Shown piece after piece: positions 60,637 to 63,820 of a stretch of 63,820 nucleotides of DNA (its first letter is position 1; each line of letters starts with the position of its first letter). The DNA comes from Candidatus Gottesmanbacteria bacterium (GTDB lineage Bacteria > Patescibacteriota > Microgenomatia > JACOXO01), in contig JACOXO010000018.1 of the NCBI GenBank assembly GCA_016182365.1, positions 1-63,820 on the forward strand. The letters are read 5' to 3'. Made by a program: the position numbers and the translations under genes. Below the pieces are notes generated by a model. It was not told where the DNA came from and ran no database searches. It was given only the letters and a program-made list of their open reading frames with translations.

Positions 60637-62278
60637 CAACTGACGCCCAGTGTAAGACTTCATCTCCATCATTGTTATCATCAATATAAAAGTCGGCTCC
60701 ATTTATTCCTTTATTAAATAATGCATCTGCTAGATTAACTGTTTTATCTATCCATCTAGCTGTATTTGTTTTAGTTACAATCCATGCCTGTTTTATTCCA
60801 TTCGGAGAATTGTAGTATAGAGAAATAGTATTGCTGCTTTGATCATAATAAGTAATAGTGATTATTACGTTGTGAGGACCACCGGTTATATAGTAGTTGC
60901 TATTATTATCGGCAATTGCCCTAAAGGCCATAACTCTCCCCGGATAAGTTGATCTGGCAAATGCACCTCTATAATCACCGCCAATAAGAGCTGTACTGTT
61001 AAAACCCGACCAAAGTGAAGAAGTGGTTGACGTTTTTCCATCAATATTTACTCCTTCAAACTGATCCAGGTAAAAAGTGAAGTTTCTTTGCCTTAAATTG
61101 GAAGACTGCGGAGTATAATCTTCATGCAATGCAACCCAGGCTCTGGGAGTAGTTAGAGCTGTTTTTGTGGCATAAGTATTAAAAAATTGTCTTGCTTTTT
61201 GAGAAAGAGGGATCCATGGACCTCTGGTCATAAAACCATCAACCCGCTGCCACAAGGCACTGGCTGCTCTCCACCAATGCTTCCATTCTTCACTATCCTG
61301 GCTACCTGCATCTCCATGCTCTCCTAAGCAGGGTCTGGTTAGACAAAATTTTCTTAGAATATCCTGAATGTCTCCGTTATTTGATAGTATTTCATCTGCA
61401 GTTGTACTGTGGGGCTGGGAATATCTTGGTCCATCATAACCAGTACTTATTCCAGCAGTATATAATCCCCAAGTATTGGGTTTTCCTTGAATAATATTTG
61501 CATAAGCATTTTTCTCCGTAATTCCATCTTTAAAATTTGCAGATATTGCCAAATATCTAGTTTTATTTGGATATTGGGCGTTTATCTCATTATCAGCCAT
61601 GTTAACTAGAAACTGTATAAATGTAATCCAGGCTGATACAGCTACTGAATTGTTTCCACCCCATTTATTTATATATGCCTGGTCAGTTCTGTTTCCGTTA
61701 CTATCACTGTCTTCAGGTTGAGCTTCACAATCTATACCGCTACAGATTAAGAATGATATGTTTGGATTATCTGCATATTTAGTTTTAATATGGTCAACTA
61801 AGGCTGCCGTAGTTTGTCTCATTGCGTTCTGTACATTGGGGTTTAAATAATTAAGCATTGGATGGCTATCGGTAGTACTTGATACCGGATCATATGAGCT
61901 AGAAAGTACCCATACCGGAGTTCCGTCAATACAGGAAGATGTGTTTGCGGTACCACAACCATTGTTTTGAGTAGGACCTATATATCTTCCTTTCCACATA
62001 ATACCCACTGCTACTTTTTTACCTTCTGCAATTAATGGATCGATAAAGCTGTCAACGCCTGAAAAGTTATACTGACCTTGCTGTGGTTCAACTGAGGCCC
62101 ATGAAAATCTTTGAGAAGCGCTATCAATATATGATAGGGGGGCATACTGAGTTATATTCTGAGTCGCATTGGTTCCCCAACCTGAAAGTGCCGAATTACT
62201 GATTGCTGCATAACTTGGGTTGACAAGTATCATGCTAATTATTATTAATACCACAATAAAACCTTGTTTTAAGGCCAT
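60608..62278 (-). CDS. Secreted glycoside-hydrolase-like protein (TIM-barrel, GH42/DUF4832-like), reading frame ends just before its dockerin
   Basis: 556 aa. Signal peptide ends SYA-AI. FSWASVEPQQGQYNFSGVDSFIDPLIAEGKKVAV is typical of GH clan A. Stops at 60608 within 30 nt of an A6 run. Confidence 0.55.
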   Translation of the reverse strand: MALKQGFIVVLIIISMILVNPSYAAISNSALSGWGTNATQNITQYAPLSYIDSASQRFSWASVEPQQGQYNFSGVDSFIDPLIAEGKKVAVGIMWKGRYIGPTQNNGCGTANTSSCIDGTPVWVLSSSYDPVSSTTDSHPMLNYLNPNVQNAMRQTTAALVDHIKTKYADNPNISFLICSGIDCEAQPEDSDSNGNRTDQAYINKWGGNNSVAVSAWITFIQFLVNMADNEINAQYPNKTRYLAISANFKDGITEKNAYANIIQGKPNTWGLYTAGISTGYDGPRYSQPHSTTADEILSNNGDIQDILRKFCLTRPCLGEHGDAGSQDSEEWKHWWRAASALWQRVDGFMTRGPWIPLSQKARQFFNTYATKTALTTPRAWVALHEDYTPQSSNLRQRNFTFYLDQFEGVNIDGKTSTTSSLWSGFNSTALIGGDYRGAFARSTYPGRVMAFRAIADNNSNYYITGGPHNVIITITYYDQSSNTISLYYNSPNGIKQAWIVTKTNTARWIDKTVNLADALFNKGINGADFYIDDNNDGDEVLHWASVEKITQIPPW

Positions 62279-62337
62279 AGATTTACTTTAAAAGATAGAA
62301 GTAGCTTTTACAATAGATATGATATACTTTCACCAAT

Positions 62338-63519
62338 ATGGATAGTACTGATACATTATTAAACCGTGGCGTTGATAAAGTTTATCCGTCAAGAGAAGCT
62401 TTAGAAAAAGTTTTGAAATCCGGGAAAAAGTTAAAATTATATCAGGGTTTTGACCCAACAGGAATAAATCTTCATATTGGTCATATGGTGGGGCTTATGA
62501 AGTTAAGACAATTTCAAAAAGCAGGCCATGAAGTTATTTTTCTTATTGGGGATGGAACAGGCCAAGCTGGCGACCCATCAGGAAAAACCAGAAGCAGGGA
62601 TAAGTATTTAACAAATGAGCAGCTGAGAAAAAATGCTAAAGATTATGTAATGCAGGCAAAAAGAATTGTGGATTTTGATGGACCCAATGGCGTAAGGATA
62701 ATGTACAACGGCGACTGGTTGAACAAACTAACTCTTAGTGAAGTTCTAAATATCGCCGGTCATTTTACAGCCCAACAAATGAACGAAAGAGATCTATTCC
62801 AGGAAAGGTATAAAAATAATATACCTTTAAATTTACGGGAGTTTATGTATCCTCTTTTACAAGGATATGACAGTGTTGTAATGGATGTAGATATGGAAAT
62901 CGGAGGCTCTGACCAGACATTTAACATGCTTGCAGGAAGACAACTAATGAAGGCGATGAAAGGTAAAGATAAATTTGTTTTATCAACTGTTTTAATTTCT
63001 GACAAATTTGGTAAAAAAATAGGTAAAACAGAAGGAAATGCAATTTCATTAACTGATAAACCAGAAGATCTTTATGGGAAAATCATGTCATTTCCTGATG
63101 AAGTTATTGTCCAATGCTTAGAGTGCTTAACAGAAATTCCTATGGAAGATATTAATGTAATTGCTGACAAGATAAAAAATGGCGATAATCCTATGAAGTT
63201 TAAAAAACTTTTGGCTTTTGAAGTTGTTAAACTTTTAAACTCAGAAAAGGATGCCCAGGCTGCACAGGCTTTTTTTGAACAAGCACATCAGCAGGGATCA
63301 ACAACAGATTTAAAAAATGCCCAAGTAGTTTCTGGAAACGGTGAGTTGTTGAAAGACGTTATTATTAAAAACTTAGGTTTAAGTATTTCTGCAATCAAAC
63401 AATTAGTTTATCAGAAAGCAATCGATGTAAATGGGTTAGCTGTTAATGATGTAAAAATGAAATTAAAAACTGAAGATATGGTTAGGGTAGGTAAAAAACA
63501 TATTTTTAAAATTAAATAA
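62338..63519 (+). CDS. tyrS: Tyrosyl-tRNA synthetase with a C-terminal S4 domain
   Basis: 393 aa. LYQGFDPTGINLHIGH (HIGH); GGSDQ; KFGKKIGKT (KMSKS-like); S4-like C-terminus. Confidence 0.9.
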   Translation: MDSTDTLLNRGVDKVYPSREALEKVLKSGKKLKLYQGFDPTGINLHIGHMVGLMKLRQFQKAGHEVIFLIGDGTGQAGDPSGKTRSRDKYLTNEQLRKNAKDYVMQAKRIVDFDGPNGVRIMYNGDWLNKLTLSEVLNIAGHFTAQQMNERDLFQERYKNNIPLNLREFMYPLLQGYDSVVMDVDMEIGGSDQTFNMLAGRQLMKAMKGKDKFVLSTVLISDKFGKKIGKTEGNAISLTDKPEDLYGKIMSFPDEVIVQCLECLTEIPMEDINVIADKIKNGDNPMKFKKLLAFEVVKLLNSEKDAQAAQAFFEQAHQQGSTTDLKNAQVVSGNGELLKDVIIKNLGLSISAIKQLVYQKAIDVNGLAVNDVKMKLKTEDMVRVGKKHIFKIK

Positions 63520-63620
63520 TGGAAGCATTTAGAAAACACAAAAAGATTTTTACAATAATAATGGGAATTGCAATGATTGCTCTTATATTAACCTCAATTA
63601 TTCCTTACTTTTTCTATTAA
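63519..63620 (+). CDS. Possible small membrane protein (33 aa)
   Basis: Own reading: MEAFRKHKKIFTIIMGIAMIALILTSIIPYFFY. ATG overlaps the tyrS stop (TAATG). Basic N-terminus plus one TM segment. Below the track length cut-off. Confidence 0.4.
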   Translation: MEAFRKHKKIFTIIMGIAMIALILTSIIPYFFY

Positions 63621-63820
63621 ACTTTTTTCTTCCCTTTAATCCATTTAACTGATGTCAAAATTTCAGAATATAGATCCGCTTTAACATCAATATGTAGATC
63701 TCTTATTTCTTTTTTTGTCGGGTTTCTTCTTTGGAATTGAACAAAAGGTATATCAGAAATTACTGCAAGTGGTGTTTGCTCATTTCCTTCACCCATAACA
63801 AGAACTGATGCTGCTGCCAG
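63617..63820 (-). CDS. C-terminal part of a CofE/FbiB-like (F420-0:gamma-glutamyl ligase family) protein; the 5' part lies beyond the right edge
   Basis: Own translation of the minus strand: LAAASVLVMGEGNEQTPLAVISDIPFVQFQRRNPTKKEIRDL... The AAA..VMGE....P block resembles the CofE C-terminus. Open to the window end. Confidence 0.45.
   Translation of the reverse strand: MAAASVLVMGEGNEQTPLAVISDIPFVQFQRRNPTKKEIRDLHIDVKADLYSEILTSVKWIKGKKKV

Noticed and set aside
1-63820. Alternative genetic code (UGA recoding, as in some CPR lineages)
   Set aside because: Long conserved genes are uninterrupted under the standard code. TGA is used as a genuine stop, for example in the 4540..5043 gene and the leader ORF at 4047.

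Overview
AT-rich, gene-dense bacterial window with about 75 protein genes and 4 intact tRNAs, all annotated by eye. It looks like a small-genome Patescibacteria/CPR-type organism. Housekeeping proteins are trimmed: ThrRS lacks the TGS domain, PheT is short, and trigger factor lacks a PPIase domain. It also has an archaeal-type PEP carboxylase, many GT2 and GT-C glycosyltransferases, a sortase with an LAxTG substrate, and dockerin-tagged secreted proteins. Order along the window: lepA (partial) and tRNA-Arg; small accessory genes; a tRNA-Lys locus scrambled by tRNA fragments and a GIY-YIG gene; a sortase operon; a ~15.7 kb single-strand glycan-assembly operon (9769-25482) headed by a 1557-aa fusion of GT2, processive GT2, flippase-like and GT4 modules; two SLT-like paralogs; a MacAB-like exporter; rarA and tig; ilvA-ridA; pheA plus an aminotransferase; PEPC; a PaaX-like cassette and tRNA-Val; kbl-tdh; thrS-infC-rpmI-rplT-pheST; PBP1A; a secreted glycosidase; tyrS. 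The best candidate for something new is a family of three regulatory units. Each has a promoter, a short leader ORF and a CCTCC/GGAGG intrinsic terminator, and reads like a classical ribosome-mediated attenuator. An aromatic-rich leader precedes pheA, a Leu/Ile/Val-rich leader precedes ilvA, and a Met-containing leader precedes a SAM hydroxide adenosyltransferase gene. Each terminator is followed by a shared set of hairpins: an ATG..CAT hairpin with GCGA-rich loops, then a TCCCGC-N3-GCGGGA hairpin. The same GC-rich hairpin family sits at the 3' flanks of tRNA-Arg and tRNA-Val. Other observations are frequent -10 boxes 6-8 nt upstream of ATG (leaderless mRNAs), two frameshifted genes, tRNA-derived repeat mosaics and a cassette bracketed by direct repeats. 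No CRISPR array, rRNA, transposase or integrase gene was seen. No folding, alignment or database search was run.
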